Shown one piece after another: positions 1-11,185 of a stretch of 64,000 nt of DNA. The stretch spans positions 19,356,658 to 19,420,657 of the forward strand of contig NC_087073.1 of NCBI RefSeq assembly GCF_026151205.1, written 5' to 3'. The position numbers and the translations under genes were made by a program. Each line of letters opens with the position of its first letter. The first letter of the stretch is position 1. Below the pieces are notes generated by a model. The model saw only the letters and a program-made list of their open reading frames with translations. It was not told where the DNA came from and did no database searches. The DNA is from Bolinopsis microptera. Its lineage: Eukaryota.

Positions 1-1070
1 GGCCAAATGAAGATATTTTCTTGTGTTTGACCTTGTATCTCCACTCACAGACGAAGAAATTTTTTTATACTCCCTGAAATTGACCGTATTATAGTGTTCT
101 AACTATTTGAAGAGTTTAAAGAACATTTATCAATACAATTTTCCGTTATTTAAGAATCCGGCAAAAATTCTGGCCAAATGAAGATATTTTCTTGTGTTTG
201 ACCTTGTATCTCCACTCACAGACGAAGAAATTTTTTTATACTCCCTGAAATTGACCGTATTATAGTGCTCTAACTATTTGAAGAGTTTAAAGAACATTTA
301 TCAATACAATTTTCCGTTATTCAAGAATCCGGCAAAAATTCTGGCCAAATGAAGATATTTTCTTGTGTTTGACCTTGTATCTCCACTCACAGACGAAGAA
401 ATTTTTTTATACTCCCTGAAATTGACCGTATTATAGTGCTCTAACTATTTGAAGAGTTTAAAGAACATTTATCAATACAATTTTCCGTTATTCAAGAATC
501 CGGCAAAAATTCTGGCCAAATGAAGATATTTTCTTGTGTTTGACCTTGTATCTCCACTCACAGACGAAGAAATTTTGTTATACTCCCTGAAATTGACCGT
601 ATTATAGTGCTCTAACTATTTGAAGAGTTTAAAGGACATTTATCAATACAATTTTCCGTTATTCAAGAATCCGGCAAAAATTCTGGCCAAATGAAGATAT
701 TTTCTTGTGTTTGACCTTGTATCTCCACTCACAGACGAAGAAATTTTTTTATACTCCCTGAAATTGACCGTATTATAGTGCTCTAACTATTTGAAGAGTT
801 TAAAGAACATTTATCAATACAATTTTCCGTTATTCAAGAATCCGGCAAAAATTCTGGCCAAATGAAGATATTTTCTTGTGTTTGACCTTGTATCTCCACT
901 CACAGACGAAGAAATTTTTTTATACTCCCTGAAATTGACTGTATTATAATGTTCTAACTATTTGAAGAGTTTAAAGAACATTTATCAATACAATTTTCCG
1001 TTATTCAAGAATCCGGCAAAAAAATCAGCGCCAAATAACAAAACTTATCCTTGTGTTTCAGGTATTGCCT
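1..1070. repeat. Satellite-like tandem repeat, unit ~171 bp, 6 full copies plus a degenerate partial 7th. The array runs off the window start.
   Basis: Unit starts at 1, 172, 343, 514, 685 and 856, each beginning GGCCAAATGAAGATATTTTCTTGTG. Copies are ~97% identical. A degenerate copy lies at ~1027-1070. The related CCGGCAAAAAT motif recurs at ~1215. Confidence 0.9.
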
Positions 1071-1459
1071 AGTGATCGCTATGTCTATATTACTTCACAG
1101 TGGTATATGTGGAAGTTGGTATTATCCTGTTAATATTTGCCGAGTTTTGTGGACAGTTGGCCATGATTTCAAGTGATATTTTGGAAAAGTTTGGGAAATT
1201 TGCAGCGCGATTATCCGGCAAAAATCCGGCAATTCTGGTCTCAAGTACTTCTGCGCGCCGCAACCGAATCAGATTTAAGTGCACTTTTTTCATTGTAAAC
1301 ACTACATACGACGCACAACACGTTCTACGAGGTCGAAATTTTCGAGGTCTCTAACACCGGAATGGAGCAATATTTAGACGATCTGACACTTTCTGGGGCT
1401 TAAGCAACCTAAGAGAAATTAGGGGAACAACTCAGAAAAAATTTTTAGTCGATATTCCG

Positions 1460-3400
1460 GTGTCTGTAGATGTTCGAAGTTTTGGCAGTAAAGTGCTCAC
1501 AACACAGCTTCTGAAGGCTCTAGAAGGTTCCCGATACCGTCAGAGTGTTCAGTACACTCCATTCTATCATATAAGAACCCTAAAAGAAGTCCCAGGGCTC
1601 GAGCAGAGAAGTGCAATATTTGCCCGTAAGAGCCTCTACTATTAAGCAAGCTGTACCACACATAGTTGAGCCACTGACCCACATTGTCAATCTGAGCCTT
1701 AATACAGGTGTTGTACCAACCCTTTGTAAAAAAGCTAGAGTAACTCCCATCCATAAGGCAGGAATGAAAGATGATCCTAATAATTACAGGCCAATATCCA
1801 TCCTTCCACTTGTAGGAAAACTTATAGAATACTTTGTCGGCAAGCAACTCACTGATTACATGGAAGAGAACAAACTTTTCATCCGGCATCAATATGGCTT
1901 TCGGAAAAATCACTCCACAACTTATCTGATGTACGATCTGATGGACGAAATATATATGAGTAAATCTAAGTCTTATAAACCAGGAATCATCTTTCTTGAT
2001 CTTAAGAAGGCCTTTGACACAGTGAATCATGAAATATTGCTTCAAAAATTGGCATATTATGGAATTGGTGGCATTGCTTTAACCTGGTTTAAGAACTTCT
2101 TATCTTGTAGATATCAATGCACTAGGATCAATGGCAATCTAAGCTCATTTTTAGAAGTTCTGAGTGGTGTACCACAAGGAAGCATCATTGGGCCTATATT
2201 ATTTAGTATCTTCATAAATGACATCATTTATGCCTGTAACCTATCTAAGCCCTTTCTATTTGCAGATGATGGTGCACTATTCTTTGATCAAACCTGCAGA
2301 AGCACATTTATAAACATGAAAATAGAACTTATGACAATCTTTAAATGGCTCAGTGTTAATAAATTATCACTCAATGAAAAGAAGACTGAATTCCTATTGT
2401 TTGATTCTGTTGACCAACATGATGAAATAACCATTGATTGTAATGAGGTAACTTTCACAATCAAGGAGTGCAAAGAGACAAAATATCTTGGCCTCATTCT
2501 AGATAGTAAATTAAACTTCAAAAGCCATGTAGATTATATTATTAGGAAGGTCATGAAGAGAATTGGTGCCATGTATAGAAGTAAAGCACTGCTACCCATT
2601 AAATATAGGAAAATGTTTGCCAATGCACTCATGTTGCCACAATTCGATTATTTAGACACGATCTATTGTAGAGCTGGCAAGACAAAACTTGCTGAACTTG
2701 ACACTCTGTACAAAAAGGTAGCCAAAATAGCTCTCAACGTTCCAAAAACAGAGAGCAGCCTTAATGTTTATAGAGACATGAAATGGTTACCACTCCATCT
2801 TAGACGACAACTCCATCTGTCAAATTATATGTTTAGAATCATCCATGACAATTGTCCTACAAACTTTATGAACAAATTTAGTTACATATCAGGAGGTAGT
2901 AGGAGCGGCGAAAGCTGCAACCTTTATGTCAATAGATCAACATCACATAAAAACTTTCAATACTTGGGGGCAAAATGTTGGAATAATGTTCCAACAGATC
3001 TACGAAATCTGCCCGATGTTAAAAGCTTTAGTGATTCGTATAAGAAACAGCTACTATCATCTATAACAACAGACCCTAATTATACCGTCGACAATTCATA
3101 TGACAAATTTTACACTGCAATCATAGTCGCCGATAACTAAGTAACTTCTAATTCTTTTAAATCTGAGGCATATATAATTGATGTATCGAAAAGATATTCC
3201 CTTTTTTACCACCTTACCATTCTGATTGATTTTGCACATGACTGACATGTTTTAACTGGAGAAGGGGTTCCCACAGTGGTAGTTTTATAAACCACTTTTA
3301 ATTTATTGACCTATTATACTTAGTGGTAGTTTTATAGACCACATTTAATTTATTAACTTATCATACTTAGTATTTTTTTTGGTGACTGTATCACCCAGTT
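1460..3400 (+). mobile_element. 5'-truncated non-LTR retrotransposon copy (CR1/L2/RTE-like) with RT only and no endonuclease. Short tandem duplications lie in the 3' UTR.
   Basis: The 509-aa ORF carries RT motifs 0-7. No APE domain lies upstream. The upstream reading frame is broken at 1460-1645. A ~45-bp tandem duplication sits at 3270-3370 in the 3' UTR. Confidence 0.75.
1611..3140 (+). CDS. LINE ORF2 reverse-transcriptase domain (partial ORF2)
   Basis: Translation contains KARVTPIHKAG, NYRPISIL, QYGFRKNHST, FLDLKKAFDTVNH, GVPQGSIIGPILF and FADDGALF. This is the canonical non-LTR RT motif order 0 to 5. Confidence 0.85.
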   Translation: MQYLPVRASTIKQAVPHIVEPLTHIVNLSLNTGVVPTLCKKARVTPIHKAGMKDDPNNYRPISILPLVGKLIEYFVGKQLTDYMEENKLFIRHQYGFRKNHSTTYLMYDLMDEIYMSKSKSYKPGIIFLDLKKAFDTVNHEILLQKLAYYGIGGIALTWFKNFLSCRYQCTRINGNLSSFLEVLSGVPQGSIIGPILFSIFINDIIYACNLSKPFLFADDGALFFDQTCRSTFINMKIELMTIFKWLSVNKLSLNEKKTEFLLFDSVDQHDEITIDCNEVTFTIKECKETKYLGLILDSKLNFKSHVDYIIRKVMKRIGAMYRSKALLPIKYRKMFANALMLPQFDYLDTIYCRAGKTKLAELDTLYKKVAKIALNVPKTESSLNVYRDMKWLPLHLRRQLHLSNYMFRIIHDNCPTNFMNKFSYISGGSRSGESCNLYVNRSTSHKNFQYLGAKCWNNVPTDLRNLPDVKSFSDSYKKQLLSSITTDPNYTVDNSYDKFYTAIIVADN

Positions 3401-4041
3401 TTAACATTTGATAATTGTACAGTTTATTGACGACACATTGACTGAATGTTATTTTATATTCTAATTTATATTCTAGATATTTTATTTATTTTACAACAGA
3501 CGACAACTTCCTGTTTTTTCTTCTATATTAGTTACTCATATCTCTTGTACAGACTTTTTACAAGGACATTGACAAATGATACTCACATTAGGCATTCATT
3601 ATTGCATCTAAATTATTTCACTTGCATTAGGCTTAGAAATTTATTCTCTGGTCAACAGATTTCAAATGTTTAATTAATTTGTAGTATGACAGTAAGGTAT
3701 ATAAGAAGTTATTTAATTTTGCTTGGGCTATTATATTGACTAGGTATTGAGGTTTAATGATGATATGGAATTTGAATTCTATATAAATTTACACTATGTG
3801 GTTGGGGCATTTTGCATAGTAAATATGGTTACTACTCATATATATCATATTATTTGATTGGTATTCGATTTCTGATTATTTCTCTAGGAATATGATTATT
3901 ATATCTCAATTTGGCTTTAGGTAGGGTGCCCCGCTAAAAGAACTGGATTCTTCCAGGAAGCATCCCGTGCACAGAGCTTGGTCTACATATATATTAAATT
4001 ATTAACCATTCATTCTGTATGTGCACGAAAATTTATTTCAA

Positions 4042-4623
4042 TCAATGATGTGGAACACTATCAAATGCTTTACAAAAATCTAAGTAAAACACATCTACGG
4101 GTGCACCATCTTCTAATAGTTCGATGATACATTCTACACTCTCTAATAGATTAGATAAACAAGATTTACCTTCTACAAATCCATGCTGGTTTGGATTTAT
4201 CTTCTTACTAACAAAACTCATAATATGCCTCCTTACTAATTTTTCATATAATTTACACAAAATGCATGTAAGTGACACTGGCCTGTAATTTAGGGCATCT
4301 TTCCGACTACCCTTTTTATAAAGAGATGTAACATTTGCTGTCTTCCACTGTTCTGGAATTTTTCCACTTGAAGCACATGTTTGAAATAATTTAGTCACAG
4401 CAGAAACAAAACTTGAATTATGTTCAAGTTCTTTTAATAATTTAGGATGAATGCCATCTGGCCCTTTACTTTTACTAATATTAATGCTTTTCAGTTCTCT
4501 GCCAACATCATCCATTGTTATCTCAATATTTTCAATGTGTAACTCATCTGCAATAAAATAACATTCTCTGTTCAAAGGTCCATCTGGTTCTTTGACAAAA
4601 ACTGAAGCAAAAGCATCAGCCAA
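4042..4623 (-). CDS. LINE ORF2 RT N-terminal motifs (0-2), frameshifted relative to the endonuclease ORF and truncated
   Basis: Motifs WKTANVTSLYKKGSRKDALNYRPVSLT, HGFVEGKSC and VFYLDFCKAFDSVPHH. Confidence 0.7.
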   Translation of the reverse strand: MADAFASVFVKEPDGPLNRECYFIADELHIENIEITMDDVGRELKSINISKSKGPDGIHPKLLKELEHNSSFVSAVTKLFQTCASSGKIPEQWKTANVTSLYKKGSRKDALNYRPVSLTCILCKLYEKLVRRHIMSFVSKKINPNQHGFVEGKSCLSNLLESVECIIELLEDGAPVDVFYLDFCKAFDSVPHH

Positions 4624-4635
4624 TACTTCGGCAGT

Positions 4636-5865
4636 TTAAAAATTACTTTTGGTCAAAGATCCGTCAGGTTTTTCCAGGGATGATACACAACTTTTTAACA
4701 CTCTTTTCCCTCTTAAATATGCATAAAATGGCTTTGTATTATATTTCATACACTGTGTAATTTTTCTTTCATAATTAACTTTACACTTAAATGACTTACT
4801 ATCAAACTGTCCTTGTTGGTTCAGTGCAACATTAAGATTTTCAGAAGAAGGATTATTATCAAAAATATACCAACATTTATCTGTCTTTTTCCTGCATCTT
4901 TTTAAGGATGAATTTGCCCAAGGCTCACATTTAAAGTTCTTTTCCGTCGGAACTATATCAGATACTAAGTTAAGCTTTGAGTGTAACTCACTCCACATAT
5001 CTTCAGAAGTTAAAGTACCCTCACTAAAAGACCAGTCAATTTCAGCTGATCTGTGTAACAATTCTTTGCCAGAGACTTTTCCCCATAACTTTCTAGGCTC
5101 CTTTGCAGCCTCATCATCTTGCTTACTGTTACTAAGACTTAGATTTAATTCTACATTAAAACAAACATGATCGCTCTTCCCCAAGGGGGAGACAATCATT
5201 ACTTCATTGACAATAGCTTTGTTTGTAGAGAGAACCTGATCTAGTGTACTCTCTTGAAGTTTACCGCTGACAACTCTACGTCTGGTAACTTCATCTGTGA
5301 TATACCAAACCAAGCCATTGTCTTGTACACATTCCATAAAATTCTTTTCTATAATTAAACCCTTATTACTTGTTCCTAAAGGAGCATTAACAGTTCCACT
5401 AAGCCAAGATACATTTGGTAAATTTAAATCTCCAACTAGGATTGATTCAACATTAAAAACAGCTAGTTTTGCAATCATTTTGGTCATCGCATTGTTCTGC
5501 GCTTTAGAAAGAGACATTGATCTATAAATACATGCAATATTTACCCTACCAATGTTGCTATCGAATTCAACAGCAATCGAATCAGTGACCCTAAACCAAT
5601 CTATGACAACTGGGTTCAAAGAGTCTTTAATATAAATAATACAGCCTCCACCACTACTAACAGAACTTTCTCCTACTTCTTCATTAACTGTAAAATCTCT
5701 ATCTTTTCTAAATATTTTGAAACCAGGTATGCTAATTTCAGCATCAATAATTTCATTGTTAAAATGAGTTTCATTTATGCAAACAATGTCAGACTGGTAC
5801 AGCGAAACAGCATTTCTCAATTCACAAAACTTATTACATAAACTATTACTGTTACTATAAAACAA
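4636..5865 (-). CDS. LINE ORF2 N-terminal part: APE-type endonuclease domain
   Basis: Motifs CINETHF, GDLNLPNVSW and SDH are typical of the endonuclease/exonuclease/phosphatase fold in LINE ORF2. Confidence 0.7.
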   Translation of the reverse strand: MFYSNSNSLCNKFCELRNAVSLYQSDIVCINETHFNNEIIDAEISIPGFKIFRKDRDFTVNEEVGESSVSSGGGCIIYIKDSLNPVVIDWFRVTDSIAVEFDSNIGRVNIACIYRSMSLSKAQNNAMTKMIAKLAVFNVESILVGDLNLPNVSWLSGTVNAPLGTSNKGLIIEKNFMECVQDNGLVWYITDEVTRRRVVSGKLQESTLDQVLSTNKAIVNEVMIVSPLGKSDHVCFNVELNLSLSNSKQDDEAAKEPRKLWGKVSGKELLHRSAEIDWSFSEGTLTSEDMWSELHSKLNLVSDIVPTEKNFKCEPWANSSLKRCRKKTDKCWYIFDNNPSSENLNVALNQQGQFDSKSFKCKVNYERKITQCMKYNTKPFYAYLRGKRVLKSCVSSLEKPDGSLTKSNF

Positions 5866-5882
5866 TTTAAGGTTTAGGCATT

Positions 5883-6572
5883 CTATAGCTTTGCTTTCTC
5901 TGCAAGTCGCTTTCTCCGTTCCTGTCTCACAAAAAATTGGACGTCTCTGTCAGCTCTGTTCAGATCCTGATTGATCCAATAAACTTCTTTCTTCGTTTTC
6001 TCAGAATCCACTTCTATCTTCCAACCTTTCCCATAGTTACTCCAATACAATGCAGCCTCTTTTGATTTTAGTTTTACAATCAGCGGTCTAGGTTGATGTT
6101 CTCTGCTTTCACCAGATTCAGTTAATTTACCTGCCCGAAAACAGGACACAATCACGTCTTCTTCCATGCCACAAATTTCATGTAAAAACTTGAGATCATT
6201 GCTTTGAGATCTGTTCTCTTTGATAGCCGTTTCGGGAACGTGTCTAATGATCACATTGCATTCTCTTTTGATCCGTTGGATCTTGTCAGCATCAATCTGT
6301 TGGACTGTTGCCTTCACTAATTGAGTTGGTGGCTTGTCACTAATAGTTGCCTGGAGGTCAACCTTCGCTGCATCAACGTAGCTCTTCACTTTTGAAGATG
6401 ATTCATTGACTATATCTTTTTTGACAGCAGCCATTGCGGTTGGTAACGCGTTCTGCAGACTGTTTTTAACAGCATTGGTAATCGTTTCATTAATGGTTTC
6501 ACTCAACTTGATCAGCATTGTTGTCGCATTGACAATGCAGTGTGGACACTTATATTGTTTGATCAAAAGCAC
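5883..6572 (-). CDS. LINE ORF1p-like (coiled-coil + RRM-like NVIIRHVPE motif + CTD)
   Basis: ECNVIIRHVPE resembles the L1 ORF1p RRM motif N-I-I-V-x-G-x-PE. It sits immediately upstream of ORF2 on the same strand. Confidence 0.5.
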   Translation of the reverse strand: MLLIKQYKCPHCIVNATTMLIKLSETINETITNAVKNSLQNALPTAMAAVKKDIVNESSSKVKSYVDAAKVDLQATISDKPPTQLVKATVQQIDADKIQRIKRECNVIIRHVPETAIKENRSQSNDLKFLHEICGMEEDVIVSCFRAGKLTESGESREHQPRPLIVKLKSKEAALYWSNYGKGWKIEVDSEKTKKEVYWINQDLNRADRDVQFFVRQERRKRLAEKAKL

Positions 6573-6573
6573 C

Positions 6574-6650
6574 TGGGGCTAGGTGGCCTAGTGGTTAGAG
6601 CATCCGCCTTCTGCGCAGAAGGTTCAGGGTTCGAATCCCAGTGTCACCTA
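6574..6650 (+). pseudogene. tRNA-derived (tRNA-like) degenerate sequence, either a SINE head or a tRNA pseudogene. It is not a bona fide tRNA.
   Basis: It carries the D-arm-like GGCCTAGTGGTTAGAGC and the T-arm GGGTTCGAATCCC. A perfect 7-bp acceptor-like pairing joins CTAGGTG and CACCTAG. The cloverleaf cannot be closed: there are 3 extra nucleotides between the T-stem and the acceptor, and the D-loop is too short. Confidence 0.35.
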
Positions 6651-6722
6651 GTCTAGGGAGTAGCTAAGGATCCATTGGATCTATGCAACCTCCTCGGTCG
6701 ACTCAGCCGAATGATAGGAAAC

Positions 6723-7049
6723 TTAATTGAGGGTTAAATGAGGAGGAGTACCTGTTAAAAGTTCAAGAAACTTCCTAGGATACCCCTTCAGTGCATACTG
6801 TAAACATAGTACTGTTACCTGAACCTCGTCAAGTCCTGTCAGTCCAACACAATCAAGATGACACCATTTGATGCAGCAATCACATCTAATCCATAGAGAA
6901 TCTTCAATGTGTTCCTTGCAGAAACAATCTTCTTCAGGTTTAGTAATTTCTTCTTCAGCTTGTTCATTCGTCTCTACATGTTCTCTACTGGCTGGGGCAC
7001 TATCAATGTGCCCCGTTTGCCCGTCATCGTTTTCCATCCCTGAACTCAA
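6723..7049 (-). CDS. PHD-type zinc-finger ORF, same frame as ORF1 but separated from it by a stop and a tRNA-like insert
   Basis: CFCKEHIEDSLWIRCDCCIKWCHLDCVG matches the C4HC3 PHD spacing. Coordinates 7049 and 6572 share the same frame modulo 3. Confidence 0.45.
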   Translation of the reverse strand: MSSGMENDDGQTGHIDSAPASREHVETNEQAEEEITKPEEDCFCKEHIEDSLWIRCDCCIKWCHLDCVGLTGLDEVQVTVLCLQYALKGYPRKFLELLTGTPPHLTLN

Positions 7050-8229
7050 TAAATGTAATAGATTTGTAGTGTTGTAATTAGTTTAACCAGTAGGTTGGAG
7101 AGTTTTCACTCGTCTGAATCCCCTGATAGATGTTATGCACGTGCTCAGCAAATCAAATTGCAGTCTGCATCTGATGTAGGACATCACATAGCGGGAGTAG
7201 TTGGCGGTCGTTTCACCACTGAATGTTATAGTCATGAAAAGTTGACGTGATGTATGTTCAATGATAAACACAGTCACATGGAGATCACATTACGTGGAGT
7301 GTTTGGTAAGATATGTTCCATACCGGTGGCACGGTGGACAGGTCCCTGACACCATATTACAGATACTATGATCTAAATGTACCACCAGACCTAACGTTAT
7401 GCCACTGATTCAATGACATAATTAGTAATTACCTGGAGACCTCAGACTGAAATGTATAAAACATCGTTCAGTGACGACGTGAAAGTATTTTATTGCTTGA
7501 AAGGGGCATATCTTAATATTAAACTTGTTACTATACTGTACCATCATGTACTGTTATGAATTACAAACTGCAAATATTTCTAGACTAGTTGGGAAAATAA
7601 AGATAGCGCTCGATTCTGGAAGAACTGTGTGACGCTATGCATAATATTATGCACCAATGGGCCGCGCCGCGCATCAAATAGTGCTTATCGCTTCCATCAG
7701 TAATCAACAAATTAAATAATTAAATCGATAACTAGCCAACGAGCTAAAAAAGATCAAAATCTACAATCGAAGAAAAAATAAAATCATTGTGCGATCAATA
7801 CATTTTGCTGCGTGGCTCAAAATTTGGTCACTGCTATATAATATGTAATAATGTAAAAATGATTAAAATTTTGCTTAGTTGCGTAAATGGTAAACAGTAA
7901 ACTAGTTAACATTCTTTACGTTAAATATGCGTATACAGTTTGGATTTAAACATTTTATTATAACATGAGTAGTAGAGATACTATTTTATTTTATTTTGTG
8001 ACTTTCGTTGACAGCATATATAAAAGCTTACTGGGCGGTGCTCAGCCTGTCTGCTGTCATTCCGCCGAATCTCTATTATAGTATAATATATATATTACTA
8101 GAACTTAACTATACTATTATATGTTTATGAACATAATAGTATAGCCTGGGGTCCCCAAGTAAGTAAAACAAAATTTAAATTTTATTGCCATTACAATGAA
8201 TAATAATATCATAATAAATATAAGTAGAC

Positions 8230-8660
8230 ATCTATGGAAACGCATGTGTGTCAAAAAAATAATGATACACATGCGCTTCCTAGGTAGCGTATGTGTGTCA
8301 AAATTTTTTTTGATACACATGCGCTAGCAGGTTTATCATGTATTTCATTAGGTGGCCCATGTGTGTCATTTTTGTAAAATTGCTGTAAAATCTCTATTTA
8401 ATATTCTAATCGCTATCTTTATCTATTTATATATGTATTTTATCCTTATCTCTATTTTATCTTTAAACTCCTCTCCGCTCGCCTCCCGTGTGAAACGAGC
8501 GCGCCTGCACGCTGCAGTGGCGCGAAAGCACATGGTTAGGTTAAAGCGCGTGTACTGTTGCTGCACAGGCTATAATGTCAACAAATTTTTTGACACACAT
8601 ACGCTACCTAGGAAGCGCATGTGTATCATTATTTTTTTTGACACACATGCGCTTCCATAA
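8230..8660. repeat. Cluster of near-palindromic hairpin motifs centred on CCTAGG, with at least 4 copies
   Basis: The motif is GATACACATGCGCTTCCTAGGTAGCGTATGTGTGTC flanked by T/A runs. It recurs at ~8256, ~8310, ~8590 and ~8640. Confidence 0.6.
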
Positions 8661-10133
8661 TACGTACACATCAGCTCATAATACTAAATAACAATAATAA
8701 ATAAATTAAAAGCATGAAGAGGTCCAAAACCAGTTCAAGCATGCGACACCAGGATGAATACATTAACATCGGAAGCTGCAAGCTTATTAACGTTTGATTC
8801 CACGTTGATCCGTTATTATGAAGTCACCTTCAGGCGGTGTCGACGGATCATGCGAAAAGGGTTTTTGACAGGCTGTGCCCTTACCATAATTAAACTGAAC
8901 CATTGCCTGCAGGTACGATGTAAACATGAGTGGTGGATAAGAGAGCCGCGCAAGCGCTCGCGCGCGCATTTGTGTTGCTCTGACAAATAGCGCTTAAATA
9001 ATTTAGCTACCAAGACGTAAATTGCGCGTTACGTAAAGTATCATTTTTCCTTTCGGATAAAGCGAACGGTACACCCGCGTGTAACCTTCTTCAATGGGTT
9101 GTGTGCGTGTTTAGTGGAGTGAGTGTATAATGTAATGATTGAATGAATCTTTTTATTTTGTGGTGTATATATATGATGTGAGTGACAGGTGTAAAATTTC
9201 ACATAGCCATGTGTCTACGCGTACTGCGTGACGCGCTTGTTTCACAAGTAGATTTTGCCGCCTTCGGCGGTCGCGCGCTACTGCAAGCGAGAGGGCTCTG
9301 GTTAGAGCAAGTGTAAAATGTAAAAGATATAAATATAAATGGGGGTCTTTTCATAGGAAAGTGTTGAAGTTTAAGTCCTGCCAGTTATAATATTGTTAGG
9401 TTGGTGTTGAGCCTTCATGATAGAATACTTCAATTGGGATTTAATTGAGCCTAGTGAACCTATTTTGATCCCAATTTAACAAAAAAAATTTGTATTTGTT
9501 ATATTACTTTAAACTAGGGCTGGTGCATGGTCAATGGTGGGCTTAATTATTGTTATGTTCCGCGCTCAGCCTGTCATTCCGCCAAATCTTTTATATAATA
9601 GCTTGGTGCTTGGGGTTCCCAGCTAAAAATATCTGATTGATATAATATAATCATTTATTAAACTATAATTCAAATGATCTTGATAAACGTTTAAGTATTT
9701 TTGATTATCTTTTGTAAGTGCATACAAAGCTGCACAGTTGATTTATAAAATGTATTTACATGTTACAATTTTGCTTTGCACGCCATTTTTGATTAATCCT
9801 CTGCACTGCGCGGCTTTCTCCCCCACTTTTTTCACATTAACGAAAAGATCGAATATTAAGTAATTTAACAATTAAAGCTGCTGCAGAATGACATGATAAC
9901 GGCACGCTACTTCAAAAAAGGCCGAAAATATAAAAAATATTAGAATTATAATATGTAGCAACATTTGTTTAATATAATGGCCGCACAGATGCTAAAAATT
10001 TAACTTTTAAATCAATTAGTTGTAATCCATTGACGTTGGACTTGTAGCGCAATGAATTATTGGGCCACGCCGTGCATCAAATAATATTTTTCGCAACCAC
10101 TTCGTTAATACTTGTTGTTTCAAATATTAGACG

Positions 10134-10600
10134 GTCGACGAGTCCAACTCAGCGCGCGTCTTGGCAGGTTATATGATGAAATTCTTTTAAAAAATAAGTG
10201 GCTACAATGAGCATCTTTAAAAAATTAAAGATATAAAGAATTACTACCCTTCAAAATACTATTAAAAATGTTCGTGTATCAAAATATTTGACTTTACCAG
10301 TCTCTTGACGTTTCAAAATGAAACTAAGGTGAAAATGCAGTTACAACAGGACACTGGTTCTTTATGATTACTGAAAGAAATTATTTCAAAATGTTATAGT
10401 TCTAAACACTTCATAAATGCTTTTCTGTGAACTAAAGAGATCATATCGAAAAACTATTCCCCTGATATTACGACAATATTTGTAGGTTTACAACCTACCA
10501 GGACGCGCGCCGAGTTGGACTCGTCGACGGTCCTGGACGGTCCAATATATGGAACAGATATTTTACGAGTATCACCCGTTAAGACAATATCTGAATTAAA
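10134..10600. mobile_element. MITE-like element with ~40-bp terminal inverted repeats. The repeat family also has a copy at 39291-39410.
   Basis: 10134 GTCGACGAGTCCAACTCAGCGCGCGTCTTGGCAGGTT is the reverse complement of 10485-10528 GGTTTACAACCTACCAGGACGCGCGCCGAGTTGGACTCGTCGAC. The shared peptide LTGDTRKISVPYIG in ORFs 10454-10654 and 39196-39384 confirms the repeat family. Confidence 0.55.
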
Positions 10601-10882
10601 GATGTTTCTTGTCGAGTAAACATAGTCGAATATCATTTTACTACACCTCAACATGTTTGTTCGTTCATACTTGTACTATAAGTAACATAATTAGCAAAAT
10701 ATTTAATGCTATAATAAATCTCGTAAATTCTAAGAATAAGAAAACTTCATCTTTTTGACAGATTAATCTTACGCTTAAGATTTAGTCCCTGGCTTTCCAC
10801 AATTTCAACACAGACACTTATAAAAATAAAGTATGATGGAGGCCTGCTCAGCTGCTAAGTCGACAATGGACTTTCCACTATT

Positions 10883-11185
10883 TCACAGAGTGATGATGCG
10901 TTCAGCTTGACACTGTAGATTCCTATCTACTAGCTGACAGCTTAAAAGTAGGTGCAGAGCTGTTTGCTCATCCAGGCCACAAATACATAGCGGAGAATCC
11001 ACTGCCTTATCAACTCTGAAGAGAAACGAGTTCAAAAGATTGTTCTTGTACAAAAGACTCATTATCAACACTTCCACCTGGCGGCTTACTCCAAAGGGGA
11101 TTGGAAGACAGCTGCACGAGACTCTTGGAATATCAGACCATCCTTCCATAAGTAGTAGGTTTTGTAGACTTTCTTGCCAAAGCAA
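10883..11185 (-). mobile_element. LINE ORF2 C-terminal tail fragment
   Basis: PLCICGLDEQTALHLLLSC is the C-x2-C...ET..H-x4-C knuckle found at the C-terminus of CR1/L2-like ORF2. Confidence 0.5.

Larger units (their letters stand above)
4042..7080 (-). mobile_element. Decayed non-LTR retrotransposon. ORF1 carries a PHD finger plus an L1-like RRM. ORF2 carries an APE endonuclease plus the RT N-terminus. The element is frameshifted and truncated inside RT.
   Basis: Four minus-strand ORFs lie in LINE order. ORF1 ends 18 bp before ORF2 starts. A frameshift separates 4636 and 4623. The element ends right after RT motif 2 (FDSVPHH). Confidence 0.7.

Noticed and set aside
1-3400. The + strand RT (1611-3140) and the - strand EN/RT (4042-5865) being two halves of one inverted LINE
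   Set aside because: Both fragments contain RT motifs 0-2, so they overlap in domain content and must derive from different insertions.
5297-5527. Plus-strand 76-aa ORF inside the LINE endonuclease region
   Set aside because: It is antisense to the APE-domain coding sequence.
6574-6650. Functional tRNA (Arg-TCT-like or Ala-like anticodon loop)
   Set aside because: No single cloverleaf satisfies the acceptor, D, anticodon and T stems simultaneously. It was called a tRNA-derived remnant instead.
8117-8660. ORFs 8117-8320 and 8352-8660
   Set aside because: They lie in low-complexity palindromic A/T-rich sequence. The peptides are repeat-derived (for example FDTHTLPRKRMCIIIF twice).
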